Assembly (NCBI RefSeq): GCF_001194135.2
Contig: NC_068990.1
Span: forward strand, 68,176,801 to 68,240,800
Direction: 5' to 3'
Source: Octopus bimaculoides
Lineage: Eukaryota
DNA length: 64,000 nucleotides
The position numbers were made by a program, and so were the translations under genes. Below the pieces are notes generated by a model, which worked only from the letters and a program-made list of their open reading frames with translations, had not been told where the DNA came from and made no database searches. This document shows positions 1 to 11,345 of this stretch, piece by piece (position 1 is the first letter of the stretch; every line of letters starts with the position of its first letter).

Positions 1-163
1 TTTTTTTTCTCCGTGTTTTTCTCCTTGTCTCCGTATTCTTTCTGTTGAAGAGCGTAGCTCGAAACGTCAAAGACTTTCCGTATTCCCGAGCGTCATACTA
101 ATATATACTTTTGTTATTTACACCACCTGTCCTCGTCTGTTGTTATTTTTTGTATATTCTCCC
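1..163 (+). mobile_element. Probable Penelope-like element terminal-repeat (pLTR) remnant ending in a (TA)n tract
   Basis: Carries a minimal hammerhead-like fold (37-73) in T-rich sequence and is followed directly by (TA)n. The assignment rests on the known association of minimal type I hammerheads with Penelope-like elements. No ORF is visible. Confidence 0.4.
37..73 (+). ncRNA. Minimal type I hammerhead ribozyme-like motif with variant core (CUGUUGA)
   Basis: TCTTT(37-41) CTGTTGA A GAGC-GTA-GCTC GAAA CGTC AAAGA(69-73): perfect 5-bp stem I, 4-bp stem II, palindromic ACGT stem III, GUC triplet. The conserved A6 is replaced by U. Confidence 0.55.
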
Positions 164-219
164 ATATATATATATATATATACACACACATATATATACT
201 GTATATATTTATGTTTGTG

Positions 220-420
220 TGTCTTTGCATCTGTGTTTGTTGCCCACTATCACTTGACAATCAGTGTTGGTGTGTTTGACAAAAAAGTCTGATAGAATAA
301 AGACCCAGTTTAACAAAAAAATAAGTGCTGGGGTCAATTCATTTGACTAAAAATTCTTCAAGGCAGTGTCCCAGCATGTCCACAGTCTATTGACTGAAAC
401 AAGTCAATGACAAAAGATAT
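220..420 (+). mobile_element. SINE-A 3' module, decayed
   Basis: Matches the 3' half of the intact copy at 54702-55120 (GATAGAATAAG...CTGGGGTCAATT...CCAGCATG...GACTGAAACAAG). Confidence 0.75.
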
Positions 421-422
421 AT

Positions 423-581
423 ATGATAGGCTCCTTTCAGTTTCTATCTACCAGATCCACTCACAAGACATCAGGTGACCCAGGAACATAATGGAAAATA
501 CTTGCCCAAAGTTCCATGTAGTGGGACTAAATCTGAAACTTTGTGATTAAGAAGCAAACCTCTTAACCACACCGCCATGCC
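423..581 (-). mobile_element. SINE-A 5' module (tRNA-like head plus core), inverted relative to the adjacent 3' module
   Basis: Reverse complement reads GGCATGGCGGTGTGGTTAAG...TTGGGCAAGTATTTTCC...GTGGATCTGGTAGATAGAAACTGAAAGGAGCC. Confidence 0.75.
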
Positions 582-1117
582 TTTGCTTCTTTTTTGATTA
601 AAACATTTTAAATGTGTATGCATGGGCCAACAATCAGCCAGAGATCTCACTGCAAATACCCTGAGGATTAATGTATTCATATAAATATAGAACTGTGAGG
701 AATGTCACAAAGTAACACTGACATGAGAAAATTCGGTACAGAATTTGGTTCAGAAAATGTACGAGGCAACCTTAAAAAGGAAGAAAATGAATAAAAATGA
801 TTAATGCCATGTTCTAAAGAGAAATAAAGATAAGAGAACTAGATCAAAGACAGACTTAGAAATACTTAGAAATTAATGAACTAGACTGGATATGACATAC
901 ACACACATGGAAATAAATAAAAGAAAATGTCAGAGAAGTGTATTGTAGATTCAAACAATTAATACTTCAAATGGAGTTAAGCACCAAAATAAGGTAATAG
1001 ATATCAAAACTAGCTGTTATTATTGTATTCTCACTGGAAGTTAAGTGAATTAGAAAGACTAGATAAGAAAATAAAAAATAAGAAAAGTAATGACTGTACC
1101 ACTTAAATATTGAGAGA

Positions 1118-1825
1118 NNNNNNNNNNNNNNNNNNNNNNNNNNNNNNNNNNNNNNNNNNNNNNNNNNNNNNNNNNNNNNNNNNNNNNNNNNNNNNNNNNN
1201 NNNNNNNNNNNNNNNNNNNNNNNNNNNNNNNNNNNNNNNNNNNNNNNNNNNNNNNNNNNNNNNNNNNNNNNNNNNNNNNNNNNNNNNNNNNNNNNNNNNN
1301 NNNNNNNNNNNNNNNNNNNNNNNNNNNNNNNNNNNNNNNNNNNNNNNNNNNNNNNNNNNNNNNNNNNNNNNNNNNNNNNNNNNNNNNNNNNNNNNNNNNN
1401 NNNNNNNNNNNNNNNNNNNNNNNNNNNNNNNNNNNNNNNNNNNNNNNNNNNNNNNNNNNNNNNNNNNNNNNNNNNNNNNNNNNNNNNNNNNNNNNNNNNN
1501 NNNNNNNNNNNNNNNNNNNNNNNNNNNNNNNNNNNNNNNNNNNNNNNNNNNNNNNNNNNNNNNNNNNNNNNNNNNNNNNNNNNNNNNNNNNNNNNNNNNN
1601 NNNNNNNNNNNNNNNNNNNNNNNNNNNNNNNNNNNNNNNNNNNNNNNNNNNNNNNNNNNNNNNNNNNNNNNNNNNNNNNNNNNNNNNNNNNNNNNNNNNN
1701 NNNNNNNNNNNNNNNNNNNNNNNNNNNNNNNNNNNNNNNNNNNNNNNNNNNNNNNNNNNNNNNNNNNNNNNNNNNNNNNNNNNNNNNNNNNNNNNNNNNN
1801 NNNNNNNNNNNNNNNNNNNNNNNNN
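1118..1825. other. Assembly gap (largest of 13; other large gaps at ~2981, 19083, 26025, 38369, 46933, 59257)
   Basis: N runs, mostly at microsatellites, typical of a short-read scaffold. Confidence 0.99.
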
Positions 1826-4622
1826 GTATATGTGTGTGTGTGTGTGTGTGTATAAAACTTCTATCTTTTACTTGTTTCAGTTATTGGACTGTGACCATAC
1901 TGTGCACCACCTTGAAATAACAAATTCCCATGTCAGGAATCATTATATGTTAGTTTTCTCTATTGTGCATCTTTATATAGCTATACACTTGTATTGTGTA
2001 ATGTTGTGTGAATGTGTATGTGTGGTCTGTGTGTATGGGTGTGCAGGGTACATAATATGAATATATCAACTCATCAAAGTGAAAGATGTAATCTGGAGTA
2101 AATTATGAAACACTATGTCCTTATGGAAATATCAAATCTACCTCTCATATCTCCTGTTCTTTTTTACTGGTATGTGTGTGTGTGTGTGCGCACATGCACG
2201 TGTGTGTGTGTGTGCGTACACGCACGTGTGTGTGTGTGCGTACAAGCACGTGTGTGTGTGTTTTAAAAGGCACAAAGTGACGAAGTATTTATACTCTGGG
2301 ATATGTCAATTTATGCAGACAGGGTAATTCAAGAAAAATCGTCTAACATATTATTGTGAATAACTAAAAACCTATATATGTAGTGTATGTGACCAAGTAG
2401 TTACAGTCTTCACTTCATAACTATAAGGCCGTAAGTTCGATGTTTGTATTGGACAATACATTCTTGCATTAGGCTGCGCACTTTATTTTACATTGCTTCA
2501 GTTCACTCAGCTGTAAATGAGTACAAGTCAGAGTACCAGTGCATCCTACTCTCACTCCAACTGTTATAATCCTAAATATTTTATTTTTAGTACTCAAGTT
2601 CCTGGATGTCTTTGTGATCTTCAGCAGCCAATGTTTAACTGGATGTGATCTGTATGGGCCACACCCAATCACATAACATTTCTTATTTATTTGTGTCTTT
2701 TCCACCTAGCTGCACTGTATCACAAAGAAGACAATAAGTCAAGAGCCAACATCATATGCTGGCTGTGATCCTTATACTTTGGTTACCACTTTGTAAACAT
2801 GTTTCGTGCACCACCTCAGCTTGTTGCTTGTCTAGTCCTAAGTCTTAAAAACAAAAAAAAAACGCACTCTCATATGGTCTGCCCTGGTTGATGGGAACTA
2901 CATCATTCCACACACTCTTTTGTAGGCAGCTGAAGCCTGCTCCATTTTAAGCAAAGTAGAACTGTATTCTACCTTCTTTNNNNNNNNNNNNNNNNNNNNN
3001 NNNNNNNNNNNNNNNNNNNNNNNNNNNNNNNNNNNNNNNNNNNNNNNNNNNNNNNNNNNNNNNNNNNNNNNNNNNNNNNNNNNNNNNNNNNNNNNNNNNN
3101 NNNNNNNNNNNNNNNNNNNNNNNNNNNNNNNNNNNNNNNNNNNNNNNNNNNNNNNNNNNNNNNNNNNNNNNNNNNNNNNNNNNNNNNNNNNNNNNNNNNN
3201 NNNNNNNNNNNNNNNNNNNNNNNNNNNNNNNNNNNNNNNNNNNNNNNNNNNNNNNNNNNNNNNNNNNNNNNNNNNNNNNNNNNNNNNNNNNNNNNNNNNN
3301 NNNNNNNNNNNNNNNNNNNNNNNNNNNNNNNNNNNNNNNNNNNNNNNNNNNNNNNNNNNNNNNNNNNNNNNNNNNNNNNNNNNNNNNNNNNNNNNNNNNN
3401 NNNNNNNNNNNNNNNNNNNNNNNNNNNNNNNNNNNNNNNNNNNNNNNNNNNNNNNNNNNNNNNNNNNNNNNNNNNNNNNNNNNNNNNNNNNNNNNNNNNN
3501 NNNNNNNNNNNNNNNNNNNNNNNNNNNNNNNNNNNNNNNNNNNNNNNNNNNNNNNNNNNNNNNNNNNNNNNNNGGGAAAAAGTAGAATTGTAAAAAGGAA
3601 AACTTATAGTTTATGAAGGTTTTCTTTTTTCTTTTTTTATTTTTTCAAACTAAAACAAAAAAGTAAATAAATGCGATGCTATTTTTGTAATATTTACTGC
3701 AAAATCATTTGAAATCACTGAATGGAATAGAATTGGATATCTTTCAGCCAAATGGAATTGGTAAAAAAAACAAAAAGAATTAAAAAAGTGATAAAAAAAG
3801 ACGATGGCAATGAAAAACACATGTCCTATTTTCCTATGCTTGAACAATTAATATGATTTGTTTTCCTTCAAATTCTTTCTTTTTTTTCTCCATATATATA
3901 TATATATATATATATATGATCATACACAAATATACATACTATATTACATATATATTGTATGTATATATATATATACACACACACAAACACACACATACAC
4001 AAATATATAAATAATGTATACACACACACAAATATATGAATAATATATACACACACACTCAAATATATAAATAATATATATAATATATATACATACATAC
4101 TATACGTAAATATATCTATATATATCTATCTATATATATATATATATATATATATATTGACCAGATATGAATAATAATGAACAATATGTAAAAGATATTT
4201 ACGTTGTTATGTCAGCACCAAGTGTATTTTTATGCAGGTCAGTCAAAACTTGGCACTAGAATGGCATATTTTCAATTTTCACAGCATTCAGTATTGAACA
4301 GACCAGGGTCTTGGGGGTTGGTGTGAATGGTGTACAAGCAATATTTTTTTCCTTTAGGGATTAGTATCAGAGGAATATGTTTGTCTAATGGCATAAGAAT
4401 TTTTATGGTTTGTGGGAGCAGAGTCCAAGTTATTGGCATAAGTTTTGGTTCCTTGATAGGTAAAAAGAAAAACTAATAGTATAAACAAACTGCCTTCCAC
4501 TATGAGGTCGGAGACTACTTCTTTGTCAAAATGTATTTTCATTATACTTGTTCTATGATTATTTCTATGGTCATTTCTCTGGTGAACTTCCTGGTCTAGT
4601 ACCTTCTGTCAAGGGCTTTTAA

Positions 4623-4815
4623 ACTCTTTGGCATTGACATTTCTCTGTTTTGTAATTAATTATCCATTATCTTGCAGTTTCAAAATTTTGATGTGGTAAT
4701 CGTTTACATTCAGAATAATATTGTAGGATAGGTTTCAGAGGCCAGATCTGGCCAGTTTGAACATAAAACAAGTAGGACATTTTGGCTGGATATGGCTGGC
4801 TTAAATGCTAAAGGG
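4623..4815 (-). mobile_element. piggyBac-type MITE, family 1
   Basis: Right end AATGCTAAAGGG|TTAA (4816-4819); decayed left end TTAA|ACTCTTTGGCATT. Homologous to 10687 and 16153 in opposite orientation. Confidence 0.75.
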
Positions 4816-5116
4816 TTAAATGTATCACCTGCTTCTCTTCCCAGATACATTATTTCTCTACTGAGCTTTCTACTAGTCCTCTTATTCTAATAACTTCTTT
4901 CATCAAATAGCTCCCTTCCTCAAAATGCTGCACTTTAGAATTCATTGCCATTGTCCTGTTTTCCTCTGGTCTACAATATTCAGCCCTTTAAGCTTTCTGT
5001 TAATTGACCTCTATTAAATTTGTAGGCCATTTCTTTTGTTACTTTGTAGTCCCTTATGCTACAGTGGCCTCAAGCTTTGTTTGGGACAAAATCATGCATG
5101 TGTGTGTGTATATATC

Positions 5117-5528
5117 TTTATGTATTTGTTTTGCAAGATTCCTAATATGAAATCGTGCGTTGAAACAGATATTGTTATACTTGGAGATGGTCATATTTTT
5201 TGCCAATTAACCACATGCACAATAATGTGTGTTCCTCACTTCAGCTTTATTATTATTTTTATAGTAGTGTCTTTTGTCTGAAATATTTCACAACATGTAC
5301 TATGACCTCTTCAGTGACTCTCCATCCCCCATGTCCCCTCCTGCTCTGTTTAGTCCATTCTATCTTTCAGAAAGCTGGAATGGACTAAACAGAAGATATC
5401 ACAGGATGTGTGACAAAAGTTTTCAGACAGAAGACATTAAAATAAGAATAATAATAAAACTGAAGTGAAGACCAAGTTATGTAGCGTGTGTGGTTAACAG
5501 GCAAAAAATATGACAACCCTAAATATTG

Positions 5529-5531
<3 letters not shown>
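5117..5531. mobile_element. Long palindromic foldback element, copy 1
   Basis: Arms are reverse complements over >150 bp, with a perfect 16-bp inverted repeat near the centre (TCTGTTTAGTCCATTC 5345-5360 / 5378-5393). Homologous to 15480 and 19440. Confidence 0.75.
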
Positions 5532-5567
<36 letters not shown>

Positions 5568-6084
5568 AAAAATAATCTTNNNNNNNNNNACAAAGTTAAT
5601 TGCAATCTGTTGACAATAAGTGACATTATGCAGAACTACTGATTGAACATCAGAAGCTAATACACTGCAGTGATTAGATCTGAGAAGATCAGAAGTTAAT
5701 GTAAGGGTGTGATTGATCAAAGATCAGAGTTTGGGATGTTTTGCATCATAAATGAAAATTTGTTTTTTATTTGTCATCCATCTGTCCATGCTAGTATGGG
5801 CTAGAGAAATGTATTACTGAGGTATTATTTTACTGTAATTGTCATTTAAATTCACCCATTTTTCAAGTGAGGGATTTTTTCACTTCATATCTTTGAAGGC
5901 GCAAAGCCAGCAGATATGTTGACAGGAGAAACTACAACAACATCATAACTTGTAGCTCATATTATTCATAGAATATGTAAATAATCACAGAGACACATAG
6001 ATGGAGATGTATACATACATATATACATACATTCATATATACATAAATACTTTTATACATGCACACACACATACACATGTGTGC

Positions 6085-6262
6085 ATGCACACACACGACA
6101 ACTTTCTTCCAGTTTCCATCTATCAAATCCATTCACAAGGCTTTGGTCAGCTCAAGGCTATCATAGAAAACACTTGCCCTAGGTGTCATGCAGTGGGACT
6201 GAACTTGAAATGACTTGGCAGGGAAGCAAACTAATTACCTACACAACCAGACCTGTGCTTGT
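6085..6262 (-). mobile_element. SINE-A 5' module
   Basis: CAGTTTCCATCTATCAAATCCATTCACAAGGCTTTGGTC...CACTTGCCCTAGGTGTCATGCAGTGGGACTGAAC, the same as other SINE-A heads. Confidence 0.75.
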
Positions 6263-7870
6263 TTCAGAAATGAAAATAATGATTATGAATAATTATGTTT
6301 TTCAAACATTAACACATGGCTAGAATAGATGGATGTATGACAATGAAATACATATGACTAGAGAATAGCCAGTGTGCAAGCCAGATGTCTTTGTATCAGT
6401 TTAACTTAACTATATTCTAGTGTAATGAAATCTAAAATTTAAACTTTATGTATAAATAAAATCAATCCATCACCCACCAAGGTGGTAAATTATGGTGAGA
6501 ATTAAATTATTGCATAAATATATAAATTTTGAAATAAACGAAATAATCAACAAACAAAATGCAACAGAGTAAAATAGGAAATAAGAGAGGTGGCAGGAGT
6601 GGTAGTGGTGGTGGTGGTGGTGATGGTGGTAGTTGTTGTGGTGTAAAGGAGAGAATTAGAGAAAAATTCTGAAACTAAGTAATTAATTATTTCCTATGTA
6701 TTTGATAAACTGCCAATTAAAATACAGCCTACTAATAGAAAAAAAAAATGAATAAAAAAAATGTTTTGTTTATTCTTGAATTGATGTTATTGGGTGTCAC
6801 ACTGCACTCAGGTGACAAACGTTTTGGTGTTCTTGGTGGTGGTGGTGGTGGTGGTTATGATATCAATGAGTGCTAAGGTGGAAGTTGTGAGGAGAGTTAT
6901 CAATGACTGCTGCTGAGTGTGTGGGGCAAGCTGAGGGCTGGGAAGACATTGTTTATGACTTTGCTGGTGTCTTTCTGGCGAGTGGTGAGTGCTGTCAGTG
7001 ACAATGGTGGTGGTGGTGGTGGTGGTGGTAGTGATGGTAGTTATTGTTGGTGTCATTAGTGAACAGTGTTGAATGAGATTTTTGTTTTGCTTGTTGCTGT
7101 TGCATTGATATTGTTGTTGTTCTTGTTGTTAAGCTACAGGTGAGATTTGATCAAATGAGCATTCAAATTATGATCTGATCTTTGTACCAGTCTACCAATT
7201 CACAGGTCTTGAATATACTTTCTTATACTCTAAAAATGTGGAAGTCTAATATGACTTTGGTGGGGTTTGAACTTAGAGCATGGAGAGCCAGAACAAAGAT
7301 TGCATGACATTTCATCTAACACATTAACATCTCTACCATTTGGAAGTCTCTAATAAGCTAATTTACAAAACCTACCATAGACTCTCACCAAAATCAAAGA
7401 TGTCAAATATTGTGCTAAGTTTTCAACCCTAGTAACTGACTGAGCACAGAAAAGAAACAAAAAAACTTGTTAAGGAAAGGACCACTAAAACAAGAAAGCC
7501 TCCTAATTGATGTATTGGTCCCTAAAAGAAATGGAGAAACTCATGAAATACAAATATCTGGAAACCAAAAAAAGTAAAAAGAGCCAAGTGCAGGGCTTGA
7601 AAAAAGTCCCACCAATGCCCATAATAATAGGTGTTTCGGGAATGATATAAAAAAATACATACTGACGAATATAACCAAATTTCAAGAGTTATGAATATAT
7701 ATAACAAAGAAAATAGAAGTGCTTAGCACTGCATACATCTCATGCAGTGAACTTTCAGTACAGTAAAAATAACACCATAAACAAACCACACGTACATACC
7801 CAATGCTCACAAAACTGTGCTCGATAGTGCAGTAAAAGTACATAAAAAATATGACTACTGAATAATAGTA

Positions 7871-8300
7871 GTTTCAAATTTTGGTACAAGGCTAGCGATT
7901 TTAGGGAACAGATAATTACATTAACCCCAGTGCTCAACTGGTACTTATTTTATCAATTCTGAAGGGAGGAATAGCAAAGTCGACCCGAGTGGAATTTGAA
8001 CTCAGAATGTAAAACCAGAAGGAATGCAGCTAAGCAATTTTTTTGCTGAACGTACAAACAATTCTACTAGCTCATCACCTTTCATTCATTCTTATTTTGG
8101 CATAAGGCCAGCAATTTTGTGGAGAAATGGTAGATCACTTGCATCAACTCTGGTATTTGACTGGTACTAAGGCTTTATTTTATCAACTTTGAAAAAATGA
8201 TAGGCAAAGTCAGCTTCAGCAGTATTTGAACTCAGCATGTAAAGAACCAAAAGTGTCAATAAGCATTTTGTTTGACATGCTAATGATGCTAGTAGATCAG
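7871..8300 (-). mobile_element. Two tandem SINE-B copies (tRNA-derived, Nin/Deu-like core)
   Basis: 7871-8081 and 8092-8300. Each has the reverse-complement B-box GAATTTGAACTCAG and core CTGGTACTTATTTTATC...GCAAAGTC. Confidence 0.75.
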
Positions 8301-8305
8301 TACCA

Positions 8306-8316
8306 TAATAATAATG

Positions 8317-8353
<37 letters not shown>

Positions 8354-8363
8354 TGATGATAAT

Positions 8364-8425
<62 letters not shown>
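8306..8425. repeat. (AAT)n microsatellite
   Basis: Near-pure AAT run; it explains ORFs 8226..8477 and 8314..8511. Confidence 0.98.
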
Positions 8426-8427
<2 letters not shown>

Positions 8428-8525
8428 GTCTTGTGTCAAAATTTGAAACCATTATCATTATTATTATTATTATTTAGATACACAAACATTAAGCAAAAGC
8501 CAAACATATAACAATAATAATAGTA

Positions 8526-8700
8526 TAGACACTCAACTACCAACATGGCTGAAAAAGTTTGGTGCAAGTGTGAAGGTAGAATACCTCCGAAAATCAGCAT
8601 TGCTTGGAACTGCAAGAATTATTTGCAGGATTCTTGAAGCATGACCAGTAAACAAGTCCCATCTTAGTCTGCTGGTTGTGGATAGCTGACACTTTCCATT
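8526..8700 (+). mobile_element. 3' end of an R4/Dong-like non-LTR retrotransposon (family B)
   Basis: Translates IDTQLPTWLKKFGASVKVEYLRKSALLGTARIICRILEA* (TGA 8642-8644), the typical C-terminus after the REL endonuclease. A short 3'UTR runs into AAT-like repeats. Confidence 0.75.
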
Positions 8701-8704
8701 ACAT

Positions 8705-9073
8705 AATAATGATAATAAAGATAATAGAAAGTGCCAGATAATTGACTTTACAGTCCCAAATGATGAAAAAATCAACATGAGAGTTGTAGAAAAAATAGCA
8801 AAGTACCAGGACCAAGCTATTGAATTACAGAGACTATGGGAAGTGCAGGTAAAATGTATCCCAGCAGTTAAAGGTGCATTGGGAACTATCCCTAAAGATC
8901 TGAACAGATGGATAGAGGAGATAGGCATAAAACCCAATTTAGTACAGATCCTGAAAACAGTGTTATTAGGGACAACTAGCACACTTAGGAGGGTTCTTGA
9001 CATCTAAGGTTACTTGTTGTAGCCCGATGTTAGGATTTTTTCTTTTCCAACAGTCTTATCTGTTATGTGTATA

Positions 9074-9075
<2 letters not shown>
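8705..9075 (+). mobile_element. 3' end of an R4/Dong-like REL-endonuclease LINE (family A)
   Basis: DKDNRKCQIIDFTVPNDEKINMRVVEKIAKYQDQAIELQRLWEVQVKCIPAVKGALGTIPK...KTVLLGTTSTLRRVLDI*, then a 3'UTR and (AAT)n at 9076-9103. Confidence 0.88.
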
Positions 9076-9106
<31 letters not shown>

Positions 9107-9319
9107 TGGTTTCAAATTTTGGCACAAGGCCAGCAATTTTAGCAAGAGGGGTAAGTGAATGACATCAACCTCATTGCTTAACTGGTATTTATTTTATCGA
9201 TACCAAAAGAATGAAAAGCAAAGACAATCTCAGCAGAATTTGATCTCAGAATATAAAGGCAGATGAAATGTCAGTAAGCATTTTGCCCAGCATGCTAATG
9301 ATTCTGCCTCCTTTCCACC

Positions 9320-9321
<2 letters not shown>
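9107..9321 (-). mobile_element. SINE-B embedded in (AAT)n
   Basis: Full head-core-tail on the minus strand, with AAT runs on both sides. Confidence 0.8.
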
Positions 9322-9369
<48 letters not shown>

Positions 9370-9927
9370 TTTTTGATGTAAGCAATACTTAGAACGCAAA
9401 ACGAACAACTGATGTTTCACAGCAAGGTTTTGTAGATTATATAATGAGGAAACCAAACCAATTTGTTTTTGTCTTTATTATTGCATTTAGTCTAATCCTT
9501 CATGTGGCATAATTTGTCATATAATAACTCCTCTATTAAACATAACTTGCGAAAAACTTGAAGAAGAAAAACGAACCATGAAATTAATTCCTTTGAATAG
9601 CATCAAAAAGATCAGTAAATTAAAGAGATCTTTAATAAATTACATATGAACACTAAGTTTGTTGATTGCATAAAACATGAGAGACGAAATTTGTCAATTA
9701 GATAAAAACAACCTTGCAGCAAAAGGATATTTTCTTATTCAATAGTTGCAGCTTGAAAGAGGTTGGTTTTAAACTCTGCTGATTCACGTGGTGTATTAAG
9801 ACAAAGATTTCGCTTGATCGAGAGATGATAAGCACATGAAAAAGATATAAGTGCCATGTCATATTTCACTTAGTTTAGATATTAATAAAGTTACTTTACA
9901 GTCAAAATTAGTTGTAAAGTATCAAAG

Positions 9928-9976
<49 letters not shown>

Positions 9977-10540
9977 TACATATATATTTCTTAATCTAGC
10001 TTGCAACATATTGGAAAAGTTACATATAATGAGGGAATTTAGAGTGTTTCTTTAATGACAGTCCACACTTCTCATTTAGAATACTGCTTCTTTATATTAG
10101 AAATACATACGATATTTCACAATCAAAGATGTTTTAAGTTTTCTTCCATAATAATACTAATATTAATGAAAATATCCTGAGCGACTGCAAATTTTTATAT
10201 GTTTAAGATTTATTGTTTTTCACTGTTGAGCACACAGAAATGATATGTTTCATACATAGTGTGCCTTGAAGTAACCAACTTTCATTTTGGAAACCTTTTT
10301 CTGTGACAGTACAGTCGGTGCCAAAAGTTATACATCTGTGTTTCAAAGAATTCTATTTGCAGAGTTGAAGTTTTGCAAAGCATAAGAGAAAATATATTTC
10401 TATGCAGAATAGAGGTCTACCTCAAATGTATTGGGATATGAAGAATTTATTCCTTTATGGTAATTCCTCAGGTAGTTCCTTAAAGTCGAATAATTAAATA
10501 TCAATAATCTAAATAAAATGCATATAAATGTGAATTGTCA

Positions 10541-10580
<40 letters not shown>

Positions 10581-10686
10581 TCATGCTTTTTTCAGACACT
10601 ACAAAACAAATACTCAAAAAAGCACTTAAATAGTATTATTGGCCAACTCACAGGGTGGGTTGTATAATATCTATCTTGGTACTTAA

Positions 10687-10906
10687 CCCTTTAGCATTTA
10701 AACTAGTCATATCTGGTCCAAATATTTTATCTGTTTTATGTTCAAACCAACCTGATATGATCTCTCACACTTACCCATCAGTATCATTCTAAAAATACAA
10801 CAAACACATTTACTGAACTCTCAAAGCTATGAGATAATGCATGATTAATTCAAAACAATGTGAGCAAATAACTTTTACATTTGACAAAAATCTGAATGCT
10901 AAAGAG
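10687..10906 (+). mobile_element. piggyBac-type MITE, family 1
   Basis: TTAA(10683-86)|CCCTTTAGCATT...AATGCTAAAGAG; 12-bp TIR with a decayed right end. Confidence 0.8.
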
Positions 10907-10971
10907 ATGAAACAATAATGATTTTCAATTCAATTTTTTAAAATTTCTACATTCTGGTAGAAAATTTTGAT

Positions 10972-11345
10972 CAGGCATGGCTGTGTAAGAAGCTTGCTTT
11001 GCAATGATGTAGTTGTGTGTTGATGCCCACTGTGTGACACCTTGGGTAGGTGTGTTCTATTATGACCTGGGGCCAGCAAATGTTTGGTGAGGGAATTTGC
11101 TAGACAGTAACTGTCTGGAAGCCCAGTGTGTGTGTTGTGATTGCCCCCACCACCACCACCACTTGACATCTGGTATTGGATTATTTACATACCAGTAACT
11201 TAATGGTTTAGCTATAGAGACTATCAGAATAAATACCAAACTTAACAGAAAATAGAAGTATTGGGGTTGATTTGTTTGACTAAATCCTTTAATGTGGTGT
11301 CCCAGCATGGCCACAGTCCAATGACTGAAACATGTAAAAGGTAAA
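10972..11345 (+). mobile_element. SINE-A, internally deleted
   Basis: Head CAGGCATGGCTGTGTAAGAAGCTTGC and 3' end CCCAGCATGGCCACAGTCCAATGACTGAAACATGTAAAAG. Confidence 0.8.
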
